Shown piece by piece: positions 29,313 through 38,795 of a stretch of DNA of 57,585 bases. Source of the stretch: Escherichia phage vB_EcoS_SP8. The notes under the pieces are model-generated. The model ran no database searches and was not told where the DNA came from. It saw nothing but the letters and a program-made list of their open reading frames with translations. The translations under genes were made by a program, and so were the position numbers. The stretch is taken from sequence record MT682705.1; one strand, written 5' to 3'. How positions within the stretch are numbered: the first letter of the stretch is position 1; every line of letters begins with the position of its first letter.

Positions 29313-29662
29313 TGCAAACAGTAAGCAATTCGCCTTTATATAAAGCAAAGGTGCGACTTCTTGAACAAGCTAAGCAGGTAGACCCGAATACAAATCCGGA
29401 TTTACTTGACGCTATTGTCAATGCGATGGAAGTTATGGACTTTGCGGACTTTCTGTTCCATCGCGTGTCGCACGTCGCCAAGGCTTTAGGTTACACGGGT
29501 AATGTCGAAGATTTTCAAAGTGCGTTCGAATACCTTATGCGTAACCGCGAGAAGGCGCTGGTGGTGGATCGTCAATATCAGCTTATCAAAAATAAATCGA
29601 AGGTCGAACGTCTACTTCGTGAGACTTTGGAAATAGTAACGGGAGGTGAAGATGCAAATTAA
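29312..29662 (+). CDS. hypothetical protein
   Basis: start at ATG (MQTVSN) preceded by AAGGAGAAG. Confidence 0.4.
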   Translation: MQTVSNSPLYKAKVRLLEQAKQVDPNTNPDLLDAIVNAMEVMDFADFLFHRVSHVAKALGYTGNVEDFQSAFEYLMRNREKALVVDRQYQLIKNKSKVERLLRETLEIVTGGEDAN

Positions 29663-29780
29663 TCTTACTCAGAAGGCTGTGCGATACTTCGGCGAAGTGT
29701 TCTTTGTTCCAGTGTGGGCGAAATACCTTGCGGTTGACGAGGACGGAACTTTAACTGCATTCGAGAATGAGCCTCAGTAG
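29652..29780 (+). CDS. small ORF ending at an in-frame TAG that is followed by 86 further sense codons
   Basis: ATG preceded by GGGAGGTGA; 42 codons then TAG; the downstream ORF (to 30038) is in the same frame. Confidence 0.3.
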   Translation: MQINLTQKAVRYFGEVFFVPVWAKYLAVDEDGTLTAFENEPQ

Positions 29781-30030
29781 TGCGAATGTATTGATGGCGA
29801 TGGTTTTTGGGTATTGACCGAGCCAGGTATTGAAATCGATATCTGTTATAACGTGGACCTGGAAGGTATGGATTTCAAAGAAACGTGTGTTAATATTGAC
29901 TATAAAGTAAGCGACAACCCACACGACCACACTGAATGGTTCGAACGTATGCGCAAAGACGATTATAAGCGAACATTAAACGGACAATGGACTCCAGCAT
30001 GTGGTCAACTGAATAAAGAAGGTGGCAAAG

Positions 30031-30246
30031 ATGAGTAAAGAACTCCAAACTGCGTTAACTCAAGAAGAAATTGATATTCTTCAAACCGACATCCTTACTT
30101 TGTGCAAGCGTATTAAAGACGCTTATGAAGAAGGTTTATTTGACAAGCAATTGAACCAGGAAGTTCAGACTGACGAACAACTGTGGAACGCGTCTAGTGC
30201 GAAATGTATCTATGACGCATTGATGAAACAAGCTATGGAGCAATAA
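30031..30246 (+). CDS. hypothetical protein
   Basis: start at ATG (MSKELQ) preceded by GAAGGTGG. Confidence 0.35.
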   Translation: MSKELQTALTQEEIDILQTDILTLCKRIKDAYEEGLFDKQLNQEVQTDEQLWNASSAKCIYDALMKQAMEQ

Positions 30247-30248
30247 TC

Positions 30249-30518
30249 ATGATTACAGCACAAGAAGCTCGTACAAATAGTGAAAACTTGGATACCAGTG
30301 CATATCTTGATGATTTGGATAAATGGATTACTAAAGCATCTCTAGATGGCAGGGATCATATTAAATTATTTAAAAAGCCATATAGTGAAATCGGTAGTCC
30401 TAATGCACGTCCTGTAATGAGAAAGGTGACTGAACAACTGGTATCATTTGGATATACAATCTCATATACGCAACCATTAAGCCAGCTGGATACTGAAAGT
30501 GTAGAAATTTTATGGTAA
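30249..30518 (+). CDS. hypothetical protein, low-GC island gene 1
   Basis: 89-aa ORF; visibly AT-rich relative to flanking genes. Confidence 0.4.
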   Translation: MITAQEARTNSENLDTSAYLDDLDKWITKASLDGRDHIKLFKKPYSEIGSPNARPVMRKVTEQLVSFGYTISYTQPLSQLDTESVEILW

Positions 30519-30533
30519 TTGTGAAGGTAATAT

Positions 30534-30947
30534 ATGCTAGTCAAACTCGTTGTCGATGTTAAATTTGAAGAACCAATTAAAGGTCAGAATATTCATACTT
30601 TGGAAATTGGTTCTTTTGATGTAAGTAAATTTTTTAATGGTAGGAGTAAATTCTTTAAAGATAAATCCTTAGATTTACCATGTGATATTAACCACAAATT
30701 ACCATCTCGATCTTCTGCGAAAGTCCGTGGAAATGGGCGTATCCTGTCTTTTGCTGATTCTATGAAAGATTGGGAAGATTTAAAATTTATTGTTAGCGCA
30801 CGTATATTAAAGACCGAATATAAAGTAGCTTCTGATAATTATATGAAACACTTTTATCCGAGAATAATTTTTAAAGATCGTATAAACATCTCTAAAGAAG
30901 AGATAATGTGTAAACCTATCACCTGTCGTTGGGTCATAGTACCGTAA
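30534..30947 (+). CDS. hypothetical protein, low-GC island gene 2
   Basis: 137-aa ORF, AT-rich; followed by hairpin GCAGGGG...CCCCTGC. Confidence 0.4.
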   Translation: MLVKLVVDVKFEEPIKGQNIHTLEIGSFDVSKFFNGRSKFFKDKSLDLPCDINHKLPSRSSAKVRGNGRILSFADSMKDWEDLKFIVSARILKTEYKVASDNYMKHFYPRIIFKDRINISKEEIMCKPITCRWVIVP

Positions 30948-31021
30948 TTTGCAGGGGGTTAGACCCCTGCCGATCCATCAGTATATACTAGGTGTGTCCT
31001 AATGGATCGTAGGAGAATAAC

Positions 31022-31258
31022 ATGTCAGATTTAATTACCGTTCACTATTATGGTTCAGATGTAGAAGTACCAAAAGACACAAGATATATTGCAACAGATT
31101 CTGATGGTTGCGTGTACGCATTTAATAATGACAAGCCCGTCTTTAATGAAAAAGTCGGTACATGGTGTGTTTACACGAATTCTTTTAAGCTGGTAGATGT
31201 CAACTTTAATGTTGTACCATCACGTTCGTTATTTGAAATTAATCCCGCTACGTTTTAA
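31022..31258 (+). CDS. hypothetical protein, low-GC island gene 3
   Basis: 78-aa ORF, AT-rich; RBS AGGAGAA. Confidence 0.4.
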   Translation: MSDLITVHYYGSDVEVPKDTRYIATDSDGCVYAFNNDKPVFNEKVGTWCVYTNSFKLVDVNFNVVPSRSLFEINPATF

Positions 31259-31267
31259 GGTAATGAC

Positions 31268-33817
31268 ATGCTGGAACTTTTTCCTCAAGAAATTAAACAA
31301 TACGAACAGTGGGCTGTCTGCGGTTTCCATCCAGGTACATCATCAGAAAAACAACCTTATGTATGGGACGATGATTTAGGGGATATGGTCCCACTTCGTA
31401 AAGACGGTAATGATAAGAAACCGTCTAACCTGCATTTACTTATGTCTTTTGAAGATGCTGAACGCTGCATTCGTTATTATAACGAGATTGGCCATAACTT
31501 GCGTTTAGGTTTCTATTTACTTCCAAGTGACCCGTTCTGTTGTATTGACATGGACATTAAAGATACCATGTCTGAAATGGAAAAGAAAGTTGCTGGTGAG
31601 CGATATAAGAAGATTGTTGAATCGTTCCATAGCTATACGGAAATTTCCAGAAGCGGTGATGGGTTGCACACATGGATTTATTCTATCCCTCAAGCTGGTA
31701 AGCGCCGTGATGGTGTGGAAGTGTATTCACAATATCGTTTTATTATCTGTACAGGCGATCACTGGGATGTTACTCCGCGCACTGTGTCTGGTGCTCCAGG
31801 CAGTGAAAGCGAAGGGTATATTGCTAATCTCATTCATCAGCTTATGTCTGAGATGAGTGAGATTAATGAGTCTGATGGCTTCCAAATGCTGGAACTTACT
31901 GAAGAAGATTTTAGTAACGACCCATATGCAATGGAAGATCAGGATGTCTATATTCAGTTGTGTGAACAAGAAAACGGGACATTGTTTAAGCAGCTATGGG
32001 AAGGTCGTTGGAGAGCTGAAGAAGTTGATACTTCTATCGGTGAACGCTGTTTCCCTTCTCAGTCTGAAGCAGAATTTGCATTAATTGACTTTCTTTGCTT
32101 TAAGAGCAAGTATAATTTCCAGGTAAGACGCCTATTCATGTATTCACCAATGAGTAGTCGTTACGATGATTCCCGTCGTCTGCCTGGTGAAAAAATCAAA
32201 CGTCCGTATCACCTGGATAGAATGATTCGTAACTACCGCTATGATGCCCATGTTAAATCTATGGGACTTATGCAGATAGTTCAGAATAACGTTAATGCAG
32301 CTATAGAGCGCACGGAGAAACTGCGTCAAGCAACTACACCAGAACGCCCACCTGAAGAAGTGTTGACCACAGATGGCAATTACACTGAAGAGCAGGCAGA
32401 CGGTTTGGCTTGGCCTCCGGGCTTTATGGGCGAGGTTGCGCGTAACATGTATAAAGCGAGCTTGTTGCCTATTAAAGACATTAGTATTCTGTCTGCTCTT
32501 GCTTTATTTAGTGGTATGTGCGGTAAGGCGTGGAACACAGTCACACGAAGTGGTCTGAATAACTACTTTGTATTAATTGCACGTTCTGGTATTGGTAAAG
32601 AAGCGTTTCGCTCTAACATTGAAACTATTCTTTCTCAAGTATCCAATTATGGCGGCCAGGACGGTCAGCAGATATTTGGTATTGAACGTGTTTTGGATAC
32701 AAGTACCTATGCGTCTGATGCTGCATTGCGCAAGGATGTCATAATGGATACGTCCGTTATGTCTTGTGGCTCATCCATCAACTATAAGACTGAAGTCGGT
32801 GCATTTTTCCGTAACGGTAAGATGGAAGTTGGTAAAGCTAAAGACATTATGGATGAAATGCTTTCCCTTTATGACAAGGGGCATTTCTATGCTTTCTCTG
32901 GTGGTTCAAAACACTCTAGTAAAGATAATACGACTGCTGGAGGTAAGGTTAAGGCGTATAGTTTTGCAGGTGAAACAACACCAGATGAATTTTATGGCAA
33001 CGTAGACGACCGTATGATGTCGAGTGGCTTCATGTCCCGCATTATCGCATGGGAATGTACAGCTAACCGCCCATTGATGAATAAGAGTATGCTCCTGGAA
33101 TATCCAGAAGCAATTCTGCGCACTATTGGAGCTATCTATAAACAAGCTGTGCGCATTATGTCAGGGACTGCCCCATGCTATGTTGAAATGGAAGCAGAGG
33201 TACACGAAGCATTTGATAATCTTGATAATGTTGTTGCGAAGTTCCTGAACAGCGGCAATGATGGTGAGCAGGTACAAGACGAAGTAATTCGTCAGATGTA
33301 CACAAGGAAGGCGTTGAAGGTATTGCGTATCGCTTCTCTTCTTGCTGTAGCGGATAACAGTGAGCGTCCTGTTGTTACTATGGAACATTATCGTTGGGCT
33401 GAGTCATTTATTGATCAGGGTAACGAGCGTTTCTTAGAGAAGCGTAATAGTGGGCAGATTGGGTCTACAGATAGTACCAGTCGTGAGAAAATAATGCTCA
33501 ACTCTATCAAGAAGTTCTTGGATGGGGAAGTTAAAGCTGGTGTGTATAAACGGTTCCCAATGTTTAAGGGCGCGTTTATTGTCACACGGAGTGACTTATG
33601 TACTTATTGTAGACAATTTAAAGCGTTCAAGCAGACAAGAAATGACAACATCTTGCAGGTCATAGACAACACAATTTATGGTTTGATGTCTATGGAAGTT
33701 CTTACTGAAATGAGGCCAATGGACTTTTCAAGTTTCTTCGGTGCAGAGTTTACACCACCGAGGATGAAGTGTTATTTGGTAGACATTGAGAGAATGAACG
33801 AAGTTATTAAGTTATAA
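31268..33817 (+). CDS. DNA primase-polymerase (AEP-like) fused to a helicase-like C-terminal domain
   Basis: 849-aa ORF; N-terminal CCIDMDIKD (DxD) and SGDGLHTW motifs typical of archaeo-eukaryotic primase folds; Walker A-like SGIGKE in the C-terminal half. Confidence 0.55.
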   Translation: MLELFPQEIKQYEQWAVCGFHPGTSSEKQPYVWDDDLGDMVPLRKDGNDKKPSNLHLLMSFEDAERCIRYYNEIGHNLRLGFYLLPSDPFCCIDMDIKDTMSEMEKKVAGERYKKIVESFHSYTEISRSGDGLHTWIYSIPQAGKRRDGVEVYSQYRFIICTGDHWDVTPRTVSGAPGSESEGYIANLIHQLMSEMSEINESDGFQMLELTEEDFSNDPYAMEDQDVYIQLCEQENGTLFKQLWEGRWRAEEVDTSIGERCFPSQSEAEFALIDFLCFKSKYNFQVRRLFMYSPMSSRYDDSRRLPGEKIKRPYHLDRMIRNYRYDAHVKSMGLMQIVQNNVNAAIERTEKLRQATTPERPPEEVLTTDGNYTEEQADGLAWPPGFMGEVARNMYKASLLPIKDISILSALALFSGMCGKAWNTVTRSGLNNYFVLIARSGIGKEAFRSNIETILSQVSNYGGQDGQQIFGIERVLDTSTYASDAALRKDVIMDTSVMSCGSSINYKTEVGAFFRNGKMEVGKAKDIMDEMLSLYDKGHFYAFSGGSKHSSKDNTTAGGKVKAYSFAGETTPDEFYGNVDDRMMSSGFMSRIIAWECTANRPLMNKSMLLEYPEAILRTIGAIYKQAVRIMSGTAPCYVEMEAEVHEAFDNLDNVVAKFLNSGNDGEQVQDEVIRQMYTRKALKVLRIASLLAVADNSERPVVTMEHYRWAESFIDQGNERFLEKRNSGQIGSTDSTSREKIMLNSIKKFLDGEVKAGVYKRFPMFKGAFIVTRSDLCTYCRQFKAFKQTRNDNILQVIDNTIYGLMSMEVLTEMRPMDFSSFFGAEFTPPRMKCYLVDIERMNEVIKL

Positions 33818-33845
33818 AAAATGGGCGCTATATGCGCCAATTATA

Positions 33846-34070
33846 TTATTCGTGCAACTCTAAGAACCCACATACAACGTATTCAAACATCTCGTCGTAA
33901 TCTGGTGTTGAAAAATCTCCAACGTGATACTCATCTTTCTCAAATGTGACCACAGTTGAGGATCCCATATATTCATATTTTATTATCGAACTACCTTGCT
34001 CAAATAAGAATTCCTCTGATTTGTTCATTGCAGTTCTGATGTTTCTTTTTATAAGATCTTGGTGAGTCAT
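33846..34070 (-). CDS. hypothetical protein on the opposite strand within the plus-strand block
   Basis: 74-aa AT-rich ORF with RBS GGAGGAACAC before ATG; flanked downstream by hairpin GGCGC...GCGCC. Confidence 0.4.
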   Translation of the reverse strand: MTHQDLIKRNIRTAMNKSEEFLFEQGSSIIKYEYMGSSTVVTFEKDEYHVGDFSTPDYDEMFEYVVCGFLELHE

Positions 34071-34168
34071 TTTGTGTTCCTCCGCTTACAAACTGTATAA
34101 TACATACTATAGAGCATTTCCTTAGGAATGCAATAGGTATCAAGAATTATTTTACGTCCGAGGGTCAA

Positions 34169-34447
34169 ATGTCCAGTTACAATCTAGCAGCTATTAAAAT
34201 TGTGTACGGTGCTCTATACCAGGATGAGGAGTTCCCAGGCATTGAGCAGGCAATTAAAAGAATCAAGTCTAATCGTGTTGACTCGGAACAACTGTTCGAC
34301 TATGCTTTAGCCATAAGTAAGAACGAGGTCCGTCCTTACTATGAAACGCTGTCACGCCAGTTACGAAGTGTAATAGAAGAACGTGACTTAATGCGGCACT
34401 GTGGATATACCTTCTTAACCGGCAGAGCCATGCGTGTCAGCAAATAA
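34169..34447 (+). CDS. hypothetical protein
   Basis: 92-aa ORF; upstream TATAAT -10-like element. Confidence 0.4.
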   Translation: MSSYNLAAIKIVYGALYQDEEFPGIEQAIKRIKSNRVDSEQLFDYALAISKNEVRPYYETLSRQLRSVIEERDLMRHCGYTFLTGRAMRVSK

Positions 34448-34464
34448 ATGAAAGGAGTTAAAAC

Positions 34465-34662
34465 ATGCAAAAGCATCAACCTCTATATAAAGTCCGTCGT
34501 CTTGGTGGTGGTCTCTACGCAGTAGAGCGCAATAAACGTTCTATTACAATAGTAAGTGTTAAAGTGGGATCACGTAAATTCTACAGCGTTCCTAATTGTT
34601 CACCTTTGTTGCCAACACTGCGCGACGCTGTGCTGTATGTGCTGACTGGTACGTTCTTTTAA
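34465..34662 (+). CDS. hypothetical protein
   Basis: 65-aa ORF with RBS AAAGGAG. Confidence 0.35.
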   Translation: MQKHQPLYKVRRLGGGLYAVERNKRSITIVSVKVGSRKFYSVPNCSPLLPTLRDAVLYVLTGTFF

Positions 34663-34698
34663 CTTCCAGTTTGTCATTAAAGATTTAAGGAGTGGGCG

Positions 34699-34920
34699 AT
34701 GGGTAAATTAAAAACGACAATTTATACTAAAAAATCTCTTGAAGGATTCATGCAACATCTGGCTGAGTTGGGTCTGAGTGTGTATGGGCCTTGTATGAAG
34801 GATGAGGTCGAGTACCCTTCCTTGATGGACTACAATGTCGACGATATTATCAATCGACGTAAATGTATCCAGAATGATAGCTTATTTTTTGTGGATGATA
34901 TCACATTAATTGATGATTAG
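34699..34920 (+). CDS. hypothetical protein
   Basis: 73-aa ORF with RBS AAGGAG. Confidence 0.35.
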   Translation: MGKLKTTIYTKKSLEGFMQHLAELGLSVYGPCMKDEVEYPSLMDYNVDDIINRRKCIQNDSLFFVDDITLIDD

Positions 34921-34937
34921 GACACTGGAGAAATAAT

Positions 34938-35171
34938 ATGTGTAATAAATGTGAAGAAATGATGAAAATGATGACAATGATAGACGAAAGAGTATTAGTG
35001 TCTCTGGCAATCATTGAAGCAGCCCAGAATTCATTCATGGAAGCCTATCGCTTATGTAAACCAGAATCCTCGTTAGATGAAATTGAGAAAGCCTGGCAGA
35101 AATCAAACACATGTAGTGTATTAGCTCATCTTATGACGAGCGAAGAACAACCTAAAGAGAATCTACACTAA
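34938..35171 (+). CDS. hypothetical protein
   Basis: 77-aa ORF with RBS GGAGAA. Confidence 0.35.
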   Translation: MCNKCEEMMKMMTMIDERVLVSLAIIEAAQNSFMEAYRLCKPESSLDEIEKAWQKSNTCSVLAHLMTSEEQPKENLH

Positions 35172-35479
35172 TGCCTAGCAAAATATACAAGGTGTTAGGA
35201 TGGAAGCCTTATACTTTTCGCTCAAACTACGACAAGGAAATGAAGTGTATAAGATGCCCAAAGTGTGGTCACACTGAGTTTACAGAGACTGTGGTAGATC
35301 AAGTTGATGGCTACTATTCGCCTGTATGTGAGTCAAAGATTAATTGTAATCATTGTGGGCAAGAGGTAAACTATTGGGCATACGGTTACTACGAACCACA
35401 TCATATGATTGCAGATCGTAGTATGTCGATGTTGATTAATCGTATTGAAGCTAAATTAAGGAGAATTAGTTTACCATGA
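35171..35479 (+). CDS. hypothetical Cys-rich (zinc-ribbon-like) protein
   Basis: CIRCPKCGH and CNHCGQ CxxC pairs. Confidence 0.4.
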   Translation: MPSKIYKVLGWKPYTFRSNYDKEMKCIRCPKCGHTEFTETVVDQVDGYYSPVCESKINCNHCGQEVNYWAYGYYEPHHMIADRSMSMLINRIEAKLRRISLP

Positions 35480-35655
35480 GTAAGAAAACCGATATCCGCA
35501 ATCGCAATGCCGCTATCACTGCTTATCGTATGCGGGAGAAAGGTTTTACTTATAACCACATTGCTGAACATCTTGGTAAGAAACCGCATCAAATTAAATC
35601 GCTCATTTTGTTAGGTGAGCGCCTGGAATCTTTAAATGAGGGGACGACACAATGA
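35476..35655 (+). CDS. small putative helix-turn-helix DNA-binding protein
   Basis: 59-codon ORF not in the ORF track; ATG overlaps upstream stop; segment FTYNHIAEHLGKKPHQIKSLIL looks HTH-like. Confidence 0.3.
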   Translation: MSKKTDIRNRNAAITAYRMREKGFTYNHIAEHLGKKPHQIKSLILLGERLESLNEGTTQ

Positions 35656-35921
35656 ATGTAACTGTACGCCAACCTAATAAGAAAGAGAAGGACCTAATGA
35701 TCGGCTTTACTATGCCCGCTCCACTTGTGCATATCGGAGCGTTATTACGCTGCACAAACGCGAACACGCGGCGCTTTACGCATAACTCTGTGTATAGAGT
35801 ACATCGCACTGTACATAACGCCCGTAGCGGCTTAGCTTTGCCTGTTACACGAGACGATTATGGTGAAGAAGTGGTGTGTACGTCTTTATCTTTCGCATTA
35901 GGTCATTGGAAGAAAGTATAG
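35652..35921 (+). CDS. hypothetical protein
   Basis: 89-aa ORF; ATGA overlap with upstream ORF. Confidence 0.35.
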   Translation: MNVTVRQPNKKEKDLMIGFTMPAPLVHIGALLRCTNANTRRFTHNSVYRVHRTVHNARSGLALPVTRDDYGEEVVCTSLSFALGHWKKV

Positions 35922-35927
35922 TGTATT

Positions 35928-36404
35928 ATGGATTGGAATCACTATTTTCAATATAGATGCGGAAAACTTTATTGGAAAATCAATAAAGGACGTTCTAAGG
36001 TAGGTGATGAAGCTGGATATATTCATAAATCACATGGATATATTTGTATCACACTTAATCGTAAGGAGTATTATGCCCACCGCATCATTTGGGAAATGCA
36101 CTATGGGCCAATACCAGAAGGAATGGAAATCGATCATATCTGGCATGATCGTCAAGATAACCGCATTGAGAATTTACGGTTAGTGAGTAAATCAGGTAAT
36201 GCTAGAAATCAGTCTAAGTTTAAGAATAATAGTAGTGGCGTGACTGGTGTCAGTTTTGACAAATCAGTTGGTAAATGGATAGTTCAAATTGGAGTAAATG
36301 GAATTAATAAAACTCTTGGATGTTTCGAAGAGTTTAATAAAGCTGTTGAAATTCGTCGTAAAGCAGAGATTAAATACGGTTATCATGTAAATCATGGTAA
36401 GTAA
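35928..36404 (+). CDS. HNH homing endonuclease with AP2-like DNA-binding domain
   Basis: EIDHIWHDRQDNRIENLRLVSKSGNARN (HNH) followed by SGVTGVSF...KWIVQIGVNG...FEEFNKAVEIRRKAEIKYGY (AP2-like); AT-rich. Confidence 0.6.
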   Translation: MDWNHYFQYRCGKLYWKINKGRSKVGDEAGYIHKSHGYICITLNRKEYYAHRIIWEMHYGPIPEGMEIDHIWHDRQDNRIENLRLVSKSGNARNQSKFKNNSSGVTGVSFDKSVGKWIVQIGVNGINKTLGCFEEFNKAVEIRRKAEIKYGYHVNHGK

Positions 36405-36583
36405 TAGCTGACGAATTCGTGTATTGTAATCAAACACGTAAACAGGTTAACATTATTTGCGAGAGTGGTTGGTAGATTACCCCTTTTCGAAGGCTGTCTC
36501 TCGCTGACATGTTATTATCTATTATATGCTTCGCTTTCTGGGGTACTTGTGTACCCCCTATTTTTTGGATGGAGATTTATAAC

Positions 36584-37045
36584 ATGGGAGCTAATCCTCG
36601 TACCAAAGGTCAAACAGGTGAGCGTGAAATTTGTAAATTCTTTAATGATATCTACGAAGAAGTTTACGCCGCTCTTGGAATGACTTATCCGGAAAAGCCC
36701 ATAGCACAACGTAACCAGAATCAGAGTGCTGTAGGTGGTTGTGATATCACAAATACCTGTTTCTATGCGGTGGAAGTTAAACGCCAGGAACAGTTATCAA
36801 TTAATACATGGTGGGCACAGTGTGTTAAGAGTGCATTAGAAGCAGACAAGTTTCCAGTTCTTATGTACCGTCAGAATAAAAAGCCCTGGCGCGTAGTCCT
36901 GTATATGAACCCTATCATGCTTTTCGCGGATGAAGCGAAACATCACAAAGAAGATCCCCCAAGATGTGAAATATCCCTGGAAGATTTTCGGATAATCTTT
37001 AAATCACATGCTTATGAATATATCAAGAGGAATGGTCACGCTTAG
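36584..37045 (+). CDS. putative PD-(D/E)xK family nuclease
   Basis: GQTGERE ... GGCDITN ... FYAVEVKRQE arrangement resembles E / D / E-x-K catalytic residues; start at ATG (MGANPR). Confidence 0.35.
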   Translation: MGANPRTKGQTGEREICKFFNDIYEEVYAALGMTYPEKPIAQRNQNQSAVGGCDITNTCFYAVEVKRQEQLSINTWWAQCVKSALEADKFPVLMYRQNKKPWRVVLYMNPIMLFADEAKHHKEDPPRCEISLEDFRIIFKSHAYEYIKRNGHA

Positions 37046-37193
37046 GAGGTGCAAGAAGTGAGTTGTGAGGAAAGTCCTGTTCAATGGTGTGAACGTATGC
37101 AACGGGAAGCTGAAACTGGTGAGGACGCTTATCGTTATTATTAGTTAAAGCAACAGTGGGAACAACGTCTGTCTGATAAAGAGAGTGAAAAAC

Positions 37194-37703
37194 ATGACTA
37201 ACAAAGACGATATGTCTAATATCATCAAAGATGTAACTGTCAAAGGTACTATTGCGGTTCAAGATCGCGCTGTGCAACAGCTAATCGTGGAGCTCCTTAC
37301 GGATACTGCTCAAATGCCGCGATTTGCCACTCCAGGTTCTATGTGCTTTGATATCTATGCGGATGAACCAGAGCCCGTAACTATCTATGCAGGTCGTGCG
37401 TATACGTTCAGCACGGGTATTAAGCTACAGATCCCTCATGGTTACGGCCTGGAAGTTTATTCGCGTAGCGGTCACGGGTTTAAACACGGGATTCGTTTAG
37501 GTAACTGTACTGGTATCATTGATCATGATTACCGTGATGAGTTGAAGATACGTCTACATAACGACTCTTGTGAACCTTATACAGTCCAGGTTGGCGAACG
37601 TATTGCACAGGCGCGTCTTGTGGAGTTGGTTCGTACGCGTATTGTTTCTGGTATTGTAGAAGAAACAGGCCGCGGAGGTTTTGGTTCTACTGGTAAGTTG
37701 TAA
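37194..37703 (+). CDS. dut: dUTP diphosphatase (dUTPase)
   Basis: trimeric dUTPase motifs: SRSG, GIIDHDYRDE, GERIAQ, C-terminal RGGFGSTG. Confidence 0.75.
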   Translation: MTNKDDMSNIIKDVTVKGTIAVQDRAVQQLIVELLTDTAQMPRFATPGSMCFDIYADEPEPVTIYAGRAYTFSTGIKLQIPHGYGLEVYSRSGHGFKHGIRLGNCTGIIDHDYRDELKIRLHNDSCEPYTVQVGERIAQARLVELVRTRIVSGIVEETGRGGFGSTGKL

Positions 37704-37778
37704 TCATATTTAGGGGTATTTACAAGGAATTTAATTCTAAGTATTATACCCCTGTTAGCAAACAACGAGGGCAATAAC

Positions 37779-38204
37779 ATGGTCCAACTACCAGAAATGA
37801 ACTTAACTGAAGAGCAGAAGTACGAACTCCTTTACAAGTGGTATTCTAAGAAAGAAGAATTGGCCAAAGTGCAAGCGCAAGAACGCGCACTGCGCCAAAG
37901 TGTGGTTAGCGTCTTCTTTCCAGATGGTCTTAACGAAAATACTAACAAGATCAAACTTGATACAGGTGATGACCTTGTTGTAACTCAACCTTATACGCGT
38001 AAAGTTGATAAGGCTATCTTTAGTCAAATCCTTCCAGATCTTGTAAAAGCTGGAGTTGACGTCAACGAAGTTACTGAAACTAAAGTGGAACTTCGAGTTG
38101 CTAAATACCGTCAGTTAACACCGGAACAGTTGGCAATCTTTGATGAATGTGTGACCACAACTCCAGGTTCTCCACAGGTTAAGATCGCTGTTAAGAAGGG
38201 TTAA
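37779..38204 (+). CDS. hypothetical protein
   Basis: 141-aa ORF. Confidence 0.4.
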   Translation: MVQLPEMNLTEEQKYELLYKWYSKKEELAKVQAQERALRQSVVSVFFPDGLNENTNKIKLDTGDDLVVTQPYTRKVDKAIFSQILPDLVKAGVDVNEVTETKVELRVAKYRQLTPEQLAIFDECVTTTPGSPQVKIAVKKG

Positions 38205-38795
38205 ATGCTCATCACGATAATATCGGATGCATCGTTTTGTCACCGTACTAAATGTGGAGGCTATGGGATTTGGGTAGCCTCCAAGCGGGGTAAGAAGGCT
38301 TTTGGTGGTCCTGCTCATGGCCACACGGATAATACCGTAGTTGAATGTATTGCAGTAGCTAACGGTTTATATCACGGTATAGAGGCTGGACTTATCTACA
38401 CAAACGACGTTATATTGTTCCAGACGGATTGCAAAGCAGCTATCCATATGTTCGAAGGTAAACGTCCACCGAGAGGAGAAGAGCAACAAGTATATAAATG
38501 GTTCATGGATACTATTGTCGAGAATAGGCTTAGTTTCCAATTTCGTCATGTTAAAGGTCATTCAGGTAGGATGGATTCCCGTAGTCTTGCACAAGACAAG
38601 TGTGATGAAATTGCGGGTATGCACATGCGAACAGGTAGACGACGCACGGACTACGATAAATTAAAAGTAGATACAGCAAAATCCGTTATTCCTAAACCGA
38701 AGAAAGTTAACATTGAGAAACAGCAATCTTGGGTTAGGAAGTTAAAACTTCTTGTTCGGGAACACACAAAGGTAAATTTCAATGGCTCGATTTAA
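38205..38795 (+). CDS. ribonuclease H
   Basis: collinear with E. coli RNase HI motifs: IISDAS...GGYG, TDCKAA, VKGHSG, CDEIA. Confidence 0.65.
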   Translation: MLITIISDASFCHRTKCGGYGIWVASKRGKKAFGGPAHGHTDNTVVECIAVANGLYHGIEAGLIYTNDVILFQTDCKAAIHMFEGKRPPRGEEQQVYKWFMDTIVENRLSFQFRHVKGHSGRMDSRSLAQDKCDEIAGMHMRTGRRRTDYDKLKVDTAKSVIPKPKKVNIEKQQSWVRKLKLLVREHTKVNFNGSI

